Source: Octopus sinensis (Eukaryota). Taken from it: a stretch of DNA of 64,000 nt. The notes under the pieces are model-generated. The model saw only the letters and a program-made list of their open reading frames with translations, searched no databases and had not been told where the DNA came from. The position numbers and the translations under genes were made by a program. Shown piece after piece: positions 62,804 through 64,000 of the stretch. Each line of letters starts with the position of its first letter. Positions within the stretch are counted from its first letter, which is position 1. The stretch lies in NCBI RefSeq assembly GCF_006345805.1, contig NC_043011.1, forward strand, positions 8,246,001 through 8,310,000. The letters are read 5' to 3'.

Positions 62804-64000
62804 ACTCATGCACATTTATAAGTGTATTTATAGGTTTATATGTCTAAGTTCATGTTTATGCATCCTAGTTCAAACTTGTATTTCGACCATGACCCCTCTT
62901 ATATCAAATTGTGACATTCACCCAATCGATGAACAGAAATCGACAAAGTAACTGGCATAAAGCTGCCTGCCCTGTGGCGGAACGGCATTAACTAAAAAAA
63001 AAAAACCCTACAGGCGGTATCCCAGTATGGCCGCAGTTGAGCGCCCTTAACCCTGTTAATTAACATAATTACAATAATTACACAGTTTCAAAAGTGAAGT
63101 TGTTTTCTGATTTTGCAGTTTACTTCTTGTTGTATTCGTAATATTTTATTTCGGTGGAAGGAAACGAGATTGGGGCGTGGTTTCATCGAAATATATTAAT
63201 TCATTATAAAATTATAATTTTATTCGTCCGGTTATGTGACTATAAGCTAATTCGAAAAGACTAAATGAAAGAGAAGAGTTTGAATGTATATGAGGAAAAG
63301 AGAGTAAACCATTAAAAAGTACATTAAAAAACAAAATCGCAAGCACACACACGCATACATACACGCACACGTACACACAAGGGTCTGTAACGCATGCGCA
63401 CAAGGGACTCCTGGCCTGATGGGAACCCAAGTAAATGTTTTTTAATGGAAATTCAGTCGTTGTTCTTTTATCCCCTGAATATTTTTTGCGGTTGTCTTTT
63501 GTTTCAATTATTAGACTGCGGCCAGAATTTTAGTCGAACGACTCGACTCCCACAAATTAGCTCTGAGGCCTGGTCCCTTATTCTATCGGTCTCGTTTTTC
63601 GAAACGTTAGGTTACGGGGACGTAAACACGCCAACGCTGGTTATCAAACGGAGGTTATCGAACGCGCACGCGGCGGGCCTCTTTTTTTGCGTCCTGAGTT
63701 AAAATTCCGACGAAATTGACTTTGCCTTTTCTGCATCAGAGATCGATAATAAAAGTACAGATAAAGTATTGAGATCGATGTAATCGATTTTACCAACTCC
63801 CATCAAGAAGTGTTGGCTCAGTGCCAAGATTTGAAACTGTTATTGAGTTGGTGTTTGTTCGTGAAGTTGTAGAACATCTCGCATGCCGGATTAAATGCTT
63901 AGCGACATGCAATTTGTGTTGCAAGATTCCTGATGTGATATAGTGTGTTGAAACAGATATTATTTCGGGACGGTCATTTTTTTTTACCAAATAACACACG

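Overview
AT-rich, repeat-saturated non-coding animal DNA with no intact protein-coding gene that I can support. Almost all ORFs in the track are translations of microsatellites or SINEs. The tRNA-headed SINE families and the microsatellite load look like an octopus (coleoid cephalopod) genome; this is inference, not a database result. The window holds dozens of SINE copies in four families, LINE relics (Tx1/L1-like, R4/Dong-like, RTE, CR1-like), two non-autonomous Helitrons, mariner relics, three long palindromes and a 100-N gap. The standout is a 1.5-kb array of about 3.2 near-identical 480-bp units (43366-44893) set in a (TA)n tract. Every full unit carries a complete type I hammerhead ribozyme on the minus strand with a palindromic stem III, which is the architecture of a retrozyme or Penelope-like repeat able to yield self-cleaved 480-nt monomers or circRNAs. 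A second family of short inserts beside (TA)n or (TG)n tracts carries minimal hammerheads with compensatory stem changes, and several further variant or decayed hammerhead motifs occur. Hammerhead-bearing mobile RNAs therefore appear to have colonised this region repeatedly.
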